Below, one piece after another: positions 1 through 9,107 of a DNA stretch of 64,000 nt. The number at the start of each line of letters is the position of its first letter. Position 1 is the first letter of the stretch. Under the pieces are notes generated by a model. It did not search any database. It worked only from the letters and a program-made list of their open reading frames with translations, and had not been told where the DNA came from. The position numbers and the translations under genes are program-made. The stretch lies in the sequence record MK268344.1; one strand, 5' to 3'.

Positions 1-4
1 TGCA

Positions 5-391
5 ATGGATCTAGATCTACTAAAACAACGTAGTCCTCTATTCCGTAGTGGTTACCGTAGTGCACAAGAAGAAGCTGCTAAGAAAAACAATGGCACCTTC
101 CCAACTACGCTATATGATATTCCTCGTCGTCCAGAAAACTTTGTTCCTACTTGGAATGATATTCTAGCAGCAACTCGTCGTCCACGTATGCGTAAGCTAC
201 ACGCAGATCATATGATTCCTCTACTAAATCTACTCATTCGTGAAGTAGAAAAGAATTGTGCTGACGTTACTCGCTATTCTGATGTACTTAAAAAAGTTGA
301 CACAGCTTTCGATATCATGCTACAATATGGCTATGATGAAGGCATTCTAGACGAACGTGACCTAAAGCAATACGATTACGTTCCTAAGTAA
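5..391 (+). CDS. hypothetical protein
   Basis: 128-aa ORF with CTA/CGT/GGT-rich codon usage like the highly expressed genes; followed by a hairpin. Confidence 0.8.
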   Translation: MDLDLLKQRSPLFRSGYRSAQEEAAKKNNGTFPTTLYDIPRRPENFVPTWNDILAATRRPRMRKLHADHMIPLLNLLIREVEKNCADVTRYSDVLKKVDTAFDIMLQYGYDEGILDERDLKQYDYVPK

Positions 392-398
392 ACACAAA

Positions 399-425
399 AG
401 GCCGCTTCATGCGGCCTATATTGTT
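399..425 (+). terminator. intrinsic terminator-like hairpin
   Basis: AGGCCGC-TTCAT-GCGGCCT, weak T tail. Confidence 0.65.
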
Positions 426-435
426 CGAGGTGAAT

Positions 436-957
436 ATGAAACTTAAAGTCTTTACAATGGAAGAAACTAAACAATTAATTGATGACCTGAATAAGTACTG
501 GAAACTTTGTGCTGAAGTTACTAGTATTGCAAGGTTCCGTATTACTGAGGGTTTTGAATCTCATGTTCGTGATTACAAATGGGATTGGCGTTCGCCATTC
601 ACTCGCCGTGTTAAGTCTGTTGAAGATATGACTTATAAGATTTGTGGTGGACAGTTTCGTAGTACGTATTATGAATTCATGGAAAGTAAGGGATTTTCCG
701 AATACCTTTCTTGCTGGTTTTGTGATTCAGATCCAAAATATTATTTTGTCCAAAAGCCATACAATGATATTGTAGAGGCTGCGGCACGTATTGGTTATTG
801 GAAACAAGAACATATTGCAACATTCCACGAATTACTAGAATTGTATGCTGAACATCCTCTAGTGCCGGAAGATAAAGATATTGAAATTATCAAGACTGTT
901 CGTTCCCGTCTTGAAATTCTTGAACACATGATGGAAGAATATAATAATGCAATATAA
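436..957 (+). CDS. hypothetical protein
   Basis: Start moved to ATG 436 after GAGGTG RBS (track start 409 lies in the hairpin). Confidence 0.8.
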   Translation: MKLKVFTMEETKQLIDDLNKYWKLCAEVTSIARFRITEGFESHVRDYKWDWRSPFTRRVKSVEDMTYKICGGQFRSTYYEFMESKGFSEYLSCWFCDSDPKYYFVQKPYNDIVEAAARIGYWKQEHIATFHELLELYAEHPLVPEDKDIEIIKTVRSRLEILEHMMEEYNNAI

Positions 958-1471
958 TTTAACAGAAGAACAAAGTACTAAATTCTATGAAGAATTGGTA
1001 GATGCAATCGAAACAATCGATACTCTAAATGAACTTGCTATTGATACATTCAATAATTGGCATATTCAATACTTGGCTAATCACAAAAGTATTTTTGGAT
1101 TTAAACCTTATAGTATTGAAAAGTTCGGTAAGAAGATTACAATCGGTAAGGGTATTGAAATTGGTCAAAATCAAAAAAGACGTGTAATCTATAATGCTGA
1201 TGGTTGGGGTGCTAATCTCCGTACTACAAAGATTGCCAAACTAACCGGACGTTCATTCTTGGATGTATTGGGTGAAGTCAATCTAGTAAGTGCTGCATGT
1301 ACATCATTTGTTTATAAAAGCTATGAATATGATGAGTGGTGTGAAATCCGTGAAAAAATGGAAAAATATATGCAAATTCCATATACCATTGATAATGAAT
1401 GGTTGGAAGTACTCGAAAGTCTACCAACCAAGATGTACTACTATAAACATGTACTAGGGGATATTGAATGA
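947..1471 (+). CDS. hypothetical protein
   Basis: 174-aa ORF overlapping both neighbours. Confidence 0.8.
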   Translation: MQYNLTEEQSTKFYEELVDAIETIDTLNELAIDTFNNWHIQYLANHKSIFGFKPYSIEKFGKKITIGKGIEIGQNQKRRVIYNADGWGANLRTTKIAKLTGRSFLDVLGEVNLVSAACTSFVYKSYEYDEWCEIREKMEKYMQIPYTIDNEWLEVLESLPTKMYYYKHVLGDIE

Positions 1472-1968
1472 TTTTAAAAACATTAACACCTAAACAAACA
1501 GGCATTTGGATAAAAAATCTCCAAAAACTATTGTCATTGCGTAATGCCGTTAAAAAGTATCATAATTCTGAATATGATCGTGCAGAAAAATTATTCAACG
1601 AATCATATGGGTGGTTATATAAGGCATGGCATAGTATTGATGGTTATGAAGATTTACATCTAATGTGGAACGGTACTTATCATGTTCCAATGTCCATGAT
1701 TTGTAGCCATGTTAAAAAACTAGAAACTGTTCCACCACATATGGTTGAATACAGAAAGCGTCTTATCTATGAATATCGTGACACACGCGACACTTTACTC
1801 AAACGTTTACAACAGAAATGGGAACGTTATGCCGAGCAACCTTTCCAAATTCAGGAAGGTGATTTGGTAATGTATGAGAACTTAAAAGTATGGCACCAAG
1901 AACTTAAAAATGTACTAGTAGAGGGGGGCGTATACGATGAAACACTCGACTTGGATGAAGATTGCTAA
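1468..1968 (+). CDS. hypothetical protein
   Basis: 166-aa ORF, ATGA overlap with upstream gene. Confidence 0.8.
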   Translation: MILKTLTPKQTGIWIKNLQKLLSLRNAVKKYHNSEYDRAEKLFNESYGWLYKAWHSIDGYEDLHLMWNGTYHVPMSMICSHVKKLETVPPHMVEYRKRLIYEYRDTRDTLLKRLQQKWERYAEQPFQIQEGDLVMYENLKVWHQELKNVLVEGGVYDETLDLDEDC

Positions 1969-2410
1969 AGATGTAGCTGATGAGAGTAAATGTATCTCTC
2001 ATCACGTAGGAGCAGTAATTGTACAGAATGATCGCATTGTCAGTACTGGATACAATGGCACACCAACGAAGCAGGTAAATTGTTGTGATGCAAATGCACA
2101 TTTAGTACACAATGGTGAATTACAAAATTGGGTATCAGATGAAGCTAAAGTAGAACATCATAACTGGAGTCTAATGCATGAAATTCATGCTGAAATGAAT
2201 GCATTGCTTTATAGTTCACCAAAAGACCGTATTGGTGCAACTCTTTACAGTACTCTTCAACCATGCTATACTTGTTCTCTATTGATTGCTGGAAGTGGCA
2301 TTACGAAAGTAATCTACGAGAAAGAATATCCACGTACACCAGAACAAGCGATTAATGTTCTACGTAATGCTGGTATTCAAGTTCATAAATTATCAGATTT
2401 GGGAGAATAA
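1937..2410 (+). CDS. dCMP deaminase
   Basis: VGAVIV..GYNG, HAEMNAL and PCYTC zinc-binding motifs. Confidence 0.92.
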   Translation: MKHSTWMKIAKDVADESKCISHHVGAVIVQNDRIVSTGYNGTPTKQVNCCDANAHLVHNGELQNWVSDEAKVEHHNWSLMHEIHAEMNALLYSSPKDRIGATLYSTLQPCYTCSLLIAGSGITKVIYEKEYPRTPEQAINVLRNAGIQVHKLSDLGE

Positions 2411-2413
2411 TAT

Positions 2414-2689
2414 ATGTATCTATTGTTTTCAGTACTTGTTATGATTGGAATATCTTTTGCTACATATATTATAATGAAAATTATCAATTATAGCGTAAAT
2501 GTTGATATGAATGGTAATTCACGTAACTTTAAAGTTCGTTATAATCCATCAAACCATAAGTACTACTTAACAAATGCATCACGCTTTGGTGATATTGATG
2601 TATGCAGATTTGGCCCATTCTTCCGTGTATATTACAAAAGTAAGATTGATGCTGATTTAGTAATGCAAAAATTAAATGATTATCAATAA
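2414..2689 (+). CDS. membrane-anchored hypothetical protein
   Basis: N-terminal hydrophobic helix; GGAG RBS. Confidence 0.75.
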   Translation: MYLLFSVLVMIGISFATYIIMKIINYSVNVDMNGNSRNFKVRYNPSNHKYYLTNASRFGDIDVCRFGPFFRVYYKSKIDADLVMQKLNDYQ

Positions 2690-2713
2690 AAAGGAGGCCA
2701 CTTGGCCTCCTTT
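2690..2713. terminator. bidirectional intrinsic terminator
   Basis: AAAGGAGGCCA-CT-TGGCCTCCTTT between convergent genes. Confidence 0.85.
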
Positions 2714-2821
2714 AATGTATACACTAATTAATTGGAAAAAATCTGTATTTCATTAATTATATGTTTTTAGAGTAAATTAATATATGTAAAAATTCACCAA
2801 TATATGAGTATTTTTTATATA

Positions 2822-3496
2822 TTATGATACGGTTACAGCAGCAATAGCTTGTTTTGCACCATCAGTAGTTACTACAGTGATATTAGCAGTTCCGGTAGAG
2901 ATGAATTTCACTAATCCGGTACTACTTATAGTAGCAACTTCAACATTATCCGATTCCCATGATACTGATTTATCAGTTGCATTTTCTGGTAATATAGTAG
3001 CAACTAATTGTACATCAGGGTCACCGACTGCCCCAGAAACTGTACTTGGTTCAACTGAAACACTTTCAACATTCACAACGGTTGGTTCAGGTGGAACTGC
3101 TTCTGTGGTTTGTGCATTATAATCCACTATATCTACTTCTAAACCATTTGACAAAATGATTTTATGAGTGAAGAATTTGTATGCATAACCAAGTACATCA
3201 CCAGATTCAAGATCATATACTTTCACGACATATTGATTCTTTCCAATAGATTGTTTAATTTCTTCCGCAGTAGCTGATAATGGTAGATCTTTGAAATTCT
3301 TATCTTTACTAACCATTTTCATGAAAGAATAGATTTTATCAGTTCCTTCATTAACTAGATCAAAAATACGGGTAGAACGTTCATTAATGATGAATAATTT
3401 ATCATCAATTGGGTTTGCTTCATTATCTACTGCTGCAAATACATTAATGCCACCTACATTAAATGGCAATTCTCCAAATTTAGCGATAGGCTTCAT
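2822..3496 (-). CDS. Ig-like (Big_2) domain protein, probable virion decoration protein
   Basis: C-terminal VESVSVEP..QLVATILPENATDKSVSWESDN..VATISSTGLV..GTANITVVT matches Big_2; start at CAT 3494-3496 with AGGAGA RBS and TAAATA upstream. Confidence 0.85.
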   Translation of the reverse strand: MKPIAKFGELPFNVGGINVFAAVDNEANPIDDKLFIINERSTRIFDLVNEGTDKIYSFMKMVSKDKNFKDLPLSATAEEIKQSIGKNQYVVKVYDLESGDVLGYAYKFFTHKIILSNGLEVDIVDYNAQTTEAVPPEPTVVNVESVSVEPSTVSGAVGDPDVQLVATILPENATDKSVSWESDNVEVATISSTGLVKFISTGTANITVVTTDGAKQAIAAVTVS

Positions 3497-3528
3497 TGGC
3501 TTTCTCCTATTATTAAAGTACTTTATAA

Positions 3529-3534
3529 TATTTA
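3529..3534 (-). promoter_or_regulatory. putative late promoter (TAAATA)
   Basis: TAAATA on minus strand about 33 nt upstream of the Ig gene start. Confidence 0.55.
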
Positions 3535-3545
3535 CCAAAAAAGTC

Positions 3546-3574
3546 TTGACATATGGAACAAAACGTCATACAAT
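3546..3574 (+). promoter_or_regulatory. sigma70-type promoter
   Basis: TTGACA-N17-TACAAT. Confidence 0.75.
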
Positions 3575-3612
3575 GTACCTCATATCACGATAACATCCCC
3601 TTGAAAAATCTT

Positions 3613-3640
3613 GGGACAAACTAAAAAAATGTGATATAAT
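3613..3640 (+). promoter_or_regulatory. GGGACA-class promoter
   Basis: GGGACAAA..TGTGATATAAT, 16-nt spacer; precedes NAD salvage genes. Confidence 0.75.
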
Positions 3641-3696
3641 AAAGATGTAGCCGATGATGTAGTCGGTGTTAAAATAGTAACTAAGGAGTACTTAGA

Positions 3697-4812
3697 ATGA
3701 AAGAAAAAGTCTATGTTTATATTGGTCGTTTTCAAATGACTCATGGTGGTCATGAAGCTGTCATTAAACATGCATCACAAAAAGCAGACCGTTTAGTATT
3801 GCTAGTTGGTTCTTCTGAACTAGCTCGTGATCCTAAAAACCCATTTACGTTTGAAGAACGTAAATCAGTGCTAGAAGCAATGTCCCAACGTATCGTAAGT
3901 GAAGAATGGTCTAAAGGTCGTTCTGTGAAAGTAGATATCCTACCAATTCATGATTATACTTACAATAACACGAAATGGCTAAAAGAAGTACAAAACCAAG
4001 TACGTTCGGTTACTAACAGTACCGATATTACTCTTGCAGGTTGCCGTAAAAACGGTGATGAAAGTACATTCTATCTTGACTTCTTCCCACACTGGAAACA
4101 AGATTTTATTGAAGAAGTAACAAAAGTGAATCATGCGGTTCCAAAAGAATATCGCGAAATGGATTCTAAAGTAAATCCGAACCCTGCTATCAGCAGTACT
4201 GAATTACGTAATCAATTCTTCAGTACTAAGCAAGTGCCAGTTAATCTTCCACCCGAAACTACAGAGTTTCTAGAGAAGTTTAAAGTACGCAACGCAGACA
4301 TTCTTGATAATCTAGTTAATGAGCACAACTTTGTAGTACGTTATCGTCAACAGATGAATGAACAACTACCGTACACCAACATTCCATTTCTAACTGGTGA
4401 TGCATTGGTCGTTTGTGCTGGTCACGTATTACTAGTGAAGCGTCGTACTTATCCCGGTAAAGGTCTATGGGCGTTACCCGGTGGATTCTTTGATGCATGG
4501 CAAGACCAAACTCAAGTAGATACTGCTCTACGTGAACTAAAAGAAGAAACTAAAATCGATGTTCGTTATAAAGAATTGAAAGGTTCCATTGATAAGGTAG
4601 AAGAGTTTGGTGACTTTAACCGTTCACTACGTTGGCGTATTATTACCAAGTGTGCTTACATCAAACTCAATGGGAATAAACTACCAAAAGTTAAAGGTAG
4701 TGATGATGCTGAGAAAGCGTTTTGGGTTCCACTATCTGAAATTGCCAACAATCGTCACATGTTCTTTGAGGATCACCTAAGTATCATCGACACATTCCTT
4801 GGGATTCTATAA
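3697..4812 (+). CDS. bifunctional NMN adenylyltransferase / ADP-ribose Nudix hydrolase (NadM-Nudix, NatV-like)
   Basis: GRFQMTHGGH HxGH motif, ISSTELR, C-terminal PGKGLWALPGGF..ALRELKEET Nudix box, FEDH. Confidence 0.93.
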   Translation: MKEKVYVYIGRFQMTHGGHEAVIKHASQKADRLVLLVGSSELARDPKNPFTFEERKSVLEAMSQRIVSEEWSKGRSVKVDILPIHDYTYNNTKWLKEVQNQVRSVTNSTDITLAGCRKNGDESTFYLDFFPHWKQDFIEEVTKVNHAVPKEYREMDSKVNPNPAISSTELRNQFFSTKQVPVNLPPETTEFLEKFKVRNADILDNLVNEHNFVVRYRQQMNEQLPYTNIPFLTGDALVVCAGHVLLVKRRTYPGKGLWALPGGFFDAWQDQTQVDTALRELKEETKIDVRYKELKGSIDKVEEFGDFNRSLRWRIITKCAYIKLNGNKLPKVKGSDDAEKAFWVPLSEIANNRHMFFEDHLSIIDTFLGIL

Positions 4813-5354
4813 TGCTATATTGTCTCACGAGAGATGTATACAATGATTTGATGGCAATGCAAATGCATTTATCTGCCAAATACGATACAACGAACTGTAA
4901 ATATCTTGACATTATCCCACATAATGTTAGATTATGTAAAACAGAATCGTTAATCTTTAAAGCAGTTAGTAAACTGTACAATAATGGTGATTACTATAAT
5001 CACCATCTAATCATAAGGAACTGGTGTAGTACTATTCACCCGTTCACTAGTGATACAACTGATATGCATTTTCAGTATCCAGAAAATGATATTGGTTTTT
5101 GGGAATACACTTATGTTGCTCTTGGTGCTAAGAAAGTATTCATTAGTAATACAATGTATTCCAAATATATTTCAGTTAATGGTGGAGTTCCATACTACCG
5201 GATAGACGATGGGCTATCGGAAAAAGAATATACATTAGCTGAGATAGCAGCGAGTAATCAAAAATTCAAATTGGATGCAGTTTTTCCTGCTGAACCAAAT
5301 ATGTTCTCAGAAACTAATCTTGAATATATGATTCCTTACTCACTTATAATCTGA
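4812..5354 (+). CDS. hypothetical protein
   Basis: 180-aa ORF, TAATG overlap. Confidence 0.75.
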   Translation: MLYCLTRDVYNDLMAMQMHLSAKYDTTNCKYLDIIPHNVRLCKTESLIFKAVSKLYNNGDYYNHHLIIRNWCSTIHPFTSDTTDMHFQYPENDIGFWEYTYVALGAKKVFISNTMYSKYISVNGGVPYYRIDDGLSEKEYTLAEIAASNQKFKLDAVFPAEPNMFSETNLEYMIPYSLII

Positions 5355-5400
5355 AAGGCGAAGTAGCTTTTCTTAACAACTTCCAAAGAGGTAATAAAAT

Positions 5401-6879
5401 ATGAAAAATCTAAATGTAAACTTCATCCTAAACGTAGATAGTTACAAAACCGCACATGGTATGATGATGAAAGATGGTGTAATCGCACTAGAATCAAATA
5501 TCATTGCACGTAAGCCAACACCATACACTACTCACGTAGTAATGATGGGTCTACAAATCTATCTACAAGAATACTTAGATATTACTATCACCGTAGATGA
5601 TATCGATGAGGCTGAAGAAGAGACACGTTCTCGTGGAGATTATTTCGACCGCCCATTCTGGGAACATATTGTAGAAGTACACAAAGGTCGTGTACCACTA
5701 CATATCCGTGCAATTCCTGAAGGTACAGTAGTACCAGTAGGGATGCCATTAGTACGCTCTATGAGTACTGATCCAGCAGTTGTAGTCATTGCTAGCTATA
5801 TTGAAACTCAACTTCAACGTGCAGTGCATTATCCTACAACCGTTGCAACCAATGCTCGTAGTATCAAATCCTTTTTAGCTGACACTATGGAACGCCATGC
5901 TGGTCATCGCAACGTTGACTATCATTTGCATAACTTTGGTGATCGCAGTGCTTCTAGCTATGAATCCGCATGGTTAGCAGGTGTATCACACGCAGTAATG
6001 TTTAACGGTTCTGATTGTCTATTGGCAAACCGTTATATCAAACATTTCTATCACACTAAGAAAAATTATCTAAGCAGTGTAATGGCAACTGAGCATAGTG
6101 CAACTTGTTCAAACTCGGATGCAAACAAGCGTGATGATTTTAACATGGCCTTGAAAATGGTTCGTATTTGGGAAAAGATGTGTGATGATTATATTGCAAA
6201 AGGTTCAGTTGGTGTTCCACCAATCGTATCTATTGTAATTGATACTTATGATGCATATCGCTTTGTTCGTGAGTTTATCGGTACTCGTTTAAAATCAACT
6301 ATCGAATCAATTGCTCGTAAATGTCCGGGTGCTAAACTAGTAATGCGTCCTGATAGTGGTGACCCAACAACAATGCCAATCGAAATTCTAGAGATTCTAG
6401 CAGATAAGTTCGGTACTACTTTGAATGGAAAAGGTATGCGTGTACTACCACCATTTATTGGTGTAATTCAAGGTGATGGAATTATGGAAGAATCTATTCG
6501 TGACATTGTTTCGAACCTAGATAAACATAACCTATCACTTGAGAACATTGTGTTTGGTATGGGCGGTAAACTAGTACATCCACCAAAAGGCCGTGACCAA
6601 TTCAGTTTTGCAATGAAAGGTTCTGCACAACAACTAGAAGATGGTACGTGGGAAGATCTATTTAAAGACCCAATCACTGATGTAGGTAAACGTAGTCTTC
6701 GTGGTCGTGTAACTACTTTCAAATGTAAACAAAGTGGTAAAATTATGGCTGAACGTATCGAGCTAGCAGAAGTAAACCCTTTCTTAGAAGACATGATGGT
6801 TGATGTTTATAAGGATGGTGTAATTATGAACTTAAGTACTTTCGACGAAGTTCGTGAACGTGCTAACAAAGGTTTATAA
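5401..6879 (+). CDS. nadV: nicotinamide phosphoribosyltransferase (NadV/Nampt)
   Basis: DSYK, HNFGDR, ATEHS, VIDTYD, RPDSGDP, IQGDG, FGMGG motifs. Confidence 0.93.
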   Translation: MKNLNVNFILNVDSYKTAHGMMMKDGVIALESNIIARKPTPYTTHVVMMGLQIYLQEYLDITITVDDIDEAEEETRSRGDYFDRPFWEHIVEVHKGRVPLHIRAIPEGTVVPVGMPLVRSMSTDPAVVVIASYIETQLQRAVHYPTTVATNARSIKSFLADTMERHAGHRNVDYHLHNFGDRSASSYESAWLAGVSHAVMFNGSDCLLANRYIKHFYHTKKNYLSSVMATEHSATCSNSDANKRDDFNMALKMVRIWEKMCDDYIAKGSVGVPPIVSIVIDTYDAYRFVREFIGTRLKSTIESIARKCPGAKLVMRPDSGDPTTMPIEILEILADKFGTTLNGKGMRVLPPFIGVIQGDGIMEESIRDIVSNLDKHNLSLENIVFGMGGKLVHPPKGRDQFSFAMKGSAQQLEDGTWEDLFKDPITDVGKRSLRGRVTTFKCKQSGKIMAERIELAEVNPFLEDMMVDVYKDGVIMNLSTFDEVRERANKGL

Positions 6880-6885
6880 GTTATT

Positions 6886-6913
6886 GGGAGGCAAATTGCC
6901 TCCCCATTTTTTT
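6886..6913 (+). terminator. intrinsic terminator
   Basis: GGGAGGCAA-A-TTGCCTCCC plus T run. Confidence 0.85.
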
Positions 6914-6933
6914 AACTAATAAAAGGAAAAATA

Positions 6934-7356
6934 ATGTTGGATTTCCTTAAATGTCTTGAGCGTCAAAATTATTTGTACACTGAAATTCAAAAACAAACAA
7001 CTACATATGATGACCGTCATCATTACTACACTCAATTATATGCCCTAAAAAGACAACAAGAATTTGTGAATGCTAAATTACCTTATAAATGTGGATTTGT
7101 TACTGCGAAGCGTAATACTGGCGATTGTGTATATTTTCAAGTTCAAGATGAATGGTACAAAATCGATACATCATTATTTTATCTAGAACGTTGTTATATA
7201 ACAGATTACTATCAGTTTTGTGGAATCCTATATATTGTATACCAAGATGGCTACGCTAGAAAGATTTACACGGTTGCTGCTGATATTGAAAAGATTGAAA
7301 ATGATGCTTGCATTCCTGAGCAAGAAACTATATACTATTATTTCAATAGTAATTAG
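6934..7356 (+). CDS. hypothetical protein
   Basis: 140-aa ORF with AAGGA RBS. Confidence 0.75.
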   Translation: MLDFLKCLERQNYLYTEIQKQTTTYDDRHHYYTQLYALKRQQEFVNAKLPYKCGFVTAKRNTGDCVYFQVQDEWYKIDTSLFYLERCYITDYYQFCGILYIVYQDGYARKIYTVAADIEKIENDACIPEQETIYYYFNSN

Positions 7357-7367
7357 AGGATTAGAAA

Positions 7368-7607
7368 ATGGTAATTTCCCTGTCCGTAATATTCATGGTA
7401 ATCTGGTGGTTTGGTGTTGGCCCGTTTCTTTTAGTACTTAATGCTATTGCACATAGCGATACTAACTTACTATTAGGTTATGCAAAGAAAGAACAGAAAA
7501 GTACTTTTAAGTTTCGCGTTTACCAAGTACTACACTGTATTGGTTATCTATCATGGGTGGTTGGTTTCATTTCCATATATCCACTCGTTTCACATTTTAT
7601 GAAATAA
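7368..7607 (+). CDS. membrane protein
   Basis: Two hydrophobic segments; GAGGA RBS. Confidence 0.75.
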   Translation: MVISLSVIFMVIWWFGVGPFLLVLNAIAHSDTNLLLGYAKKEQKSTFKFRVYQVLHCIGYLSWVVGFISIYPLVSHFMK

Positions 7608-7616
7608 GGAATAACA

Positions 7617-8210
7617 ATGACTTGTATTATCGCATATACTAATGGGGAATCATCTTTCATTGCTGGTGACAAACTAGGTTCTAACGGGTTTACTAAGTCC
7701 GTGATGGTTGAACCTAAAATCTTTGAAAAGAAATTCATCAAAGTACTTTCTGATGGTGTACAACGTGAAGAACAAACAATCGCAATGGGTGGAACAACTT
7801 CTTTCCGTATGCTTCAACTTCTAGACCACAAATTGGTTCTACCAGTACAAGAAAAAGATACAACAACCATTCAGTATTTGGTTCATCAGGTTATTCCTGA
7901 GATTCGTCGCCTCTTTAAAGAAGAATGGGGTTCTCGTGACAATACACAAGAAGTTGGTGGTGGGCAGTTCATTATTCTCCACAATCATGTGATTTATGAA
8001 GTTCAAGAAGACTTTTCAGTACTACAACCTAAAACTAATATTACATCTGTTGGTAGTGGTACATATCATGCAATCGCTTCAATGCAAGCATTTTTGATTG
8101 CTGAAAAGGATAGTAAAGTAAAACTAATTGATCGTGTAACTGATGTATTTGAAATTGTAAGTGCTAACGTAACTAGTGTAAGTGCTGAATATGACATTTT
8201 CAAATATTGA
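7617..8210 (+). CDS. Ntn-hydrolase (HslV/proteasome beta-like peptidase)
   Basis: M-T-C-I-I N-terminus exposing Thr1, AGD..K, and SVGSG motifs. Confidence 0.75.
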   Translation: MTCIIAYTNGESSFIAGDKLGSNGFTKSVMVEPKIFEKKFIKVLSDGVQREEQTIAMGGTTSFRMLQLLDHKLVLPVQEKDTTTIQYLVHQVIPEIRRLFKEEWGSRDNTQEVGGGQFIILHNHVIYEVQEDFSVLQPKTNITSVGSGTYHAIASMQAFLIAEKDSKVKLIDRVTDVFEIVSANVTSVSAEYDIFKY

Positions 8211-8619
8211 TGATAGAAATATGCGTATACATTATTGGTTAAGATGGGCTTATGAAAGAACGGAAATGGAAAAATCATTCCAGACACGTGCACAAGCAAT
8301 TCATAAGTTAGTACATACCAATAAGGAAATTCATGATATTTTAATGGATTCAAAAACGCATACAGTATCGTTTGATGTACTTGCTGGTGTTAGTCAGACG
8401 GCATCATTTGAAAGATATCTAACTATAATAGCTACGAGAAATTTCAAATATGAAATATCATCTTCTGAGTTTTTCGAAGTTATGAAGTTAAACAATAGAG
8501 GTACTTGGATTTTTTATTCCTTCAATGTACCCTGTGAAAACAGTAAACAAGAGTGCTTGCACATTCTATCCAGTGATGGAGTTTACGTGTACCGGGGTGC
8601 TCTAACCTTTGTCCAGTAA
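8182..8619 (+). CDS. hypothetical protein (start uncertain)
   Basis: Open ORF filling the gap; true start may be downstream. Confidence 0.6.
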   Translation: MLNMTFSNIDDRNMRIHYWLRWAYERTEMEKSFQTRAQAIHKLVHTNKEIHDILMDSKTHTVSFDVLAGVSQTASFERYLTIIATRNFKYEISSSEFFEVMKLNNRGTWIFYSFNVPCENSKQECLHILSSDGVYVYRGALTFVQ

Positions 8620-8622
8620 ATA
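8617..8622 (+). promoter_or_regulatory. putative late promoter (TAAATA)
   Basis: TAAATA 30 nt before the ATG at 8653. Confidence 0.5.
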
Positions 8623-8652
8623 CATATAGTTAACCAATTAAAGGAACACATT

Positions 8653-9099
8653 ATGTCAGGAAAAGGTTTTGTGGCATTGAAGTTAGATTCGGTGCAAGGA
8701 AAAGAAATTCAAAAAATATTTAAAACTGCTGGAATAAAATGCTTGACACCAGCAAAATTCCATGTTACCTTAGTATACGATGAGTCAGATCCAGAGATCG
8801 ATCTTCCTTCCAACACTAAGGTATACAATGCGGAGATCGTCGGTGTCGAGCGATTGGGTAAGAAAGGATCGAAGTATGAAGCAATCGCTTTAATACTTCG
8901 TTCGCCAGAAATAGAGAAAAGACATAAAGAGTTGAAGAAGGCTGGTTTCAACCACAAACATCCAAGTTTCAAATGTCACATGAGTGTAGTATACCAACCC
9001 GGTGAAACCGATGAAGACATTATAGATCTGATCTATAAACTTGGTGTACTTCCGAAAACTCTAAAATTTGGTAAGGAATATATGGGTACTACTAAGTGA
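8653..9099 (+). CDS. 2H phosphodiesterase, T4 gp57B/Acb1-like
   Basis: KFHVTLVY and KCHMSVVY HxT/S motifs; size and motif layout like T4 57B. Confidence 0.78.
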   Translation: MSGKGFVALKLDSVQGKEIQKIFKTAGIKCLTPAKFHVTLVYDESDPEIDLPSNTKVYNAEIVGVERLGKKGSKYEAIALILRSPEIEKRHKELKKAGFNHKHPSFKCHMSVVYQPGETDEDIIDLIYKLGVLPKTLKFGKEYMGTTK

Positions 9100-9107
9100 G
9101 GTAAAAG

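Noticed and set aside
3697-6879. NARP1 (Adps plus Namat) assignment
   Set aside because: The partner gene is an NMNAT-Nudix and no PRPP-synthetase-like gene lies in the window
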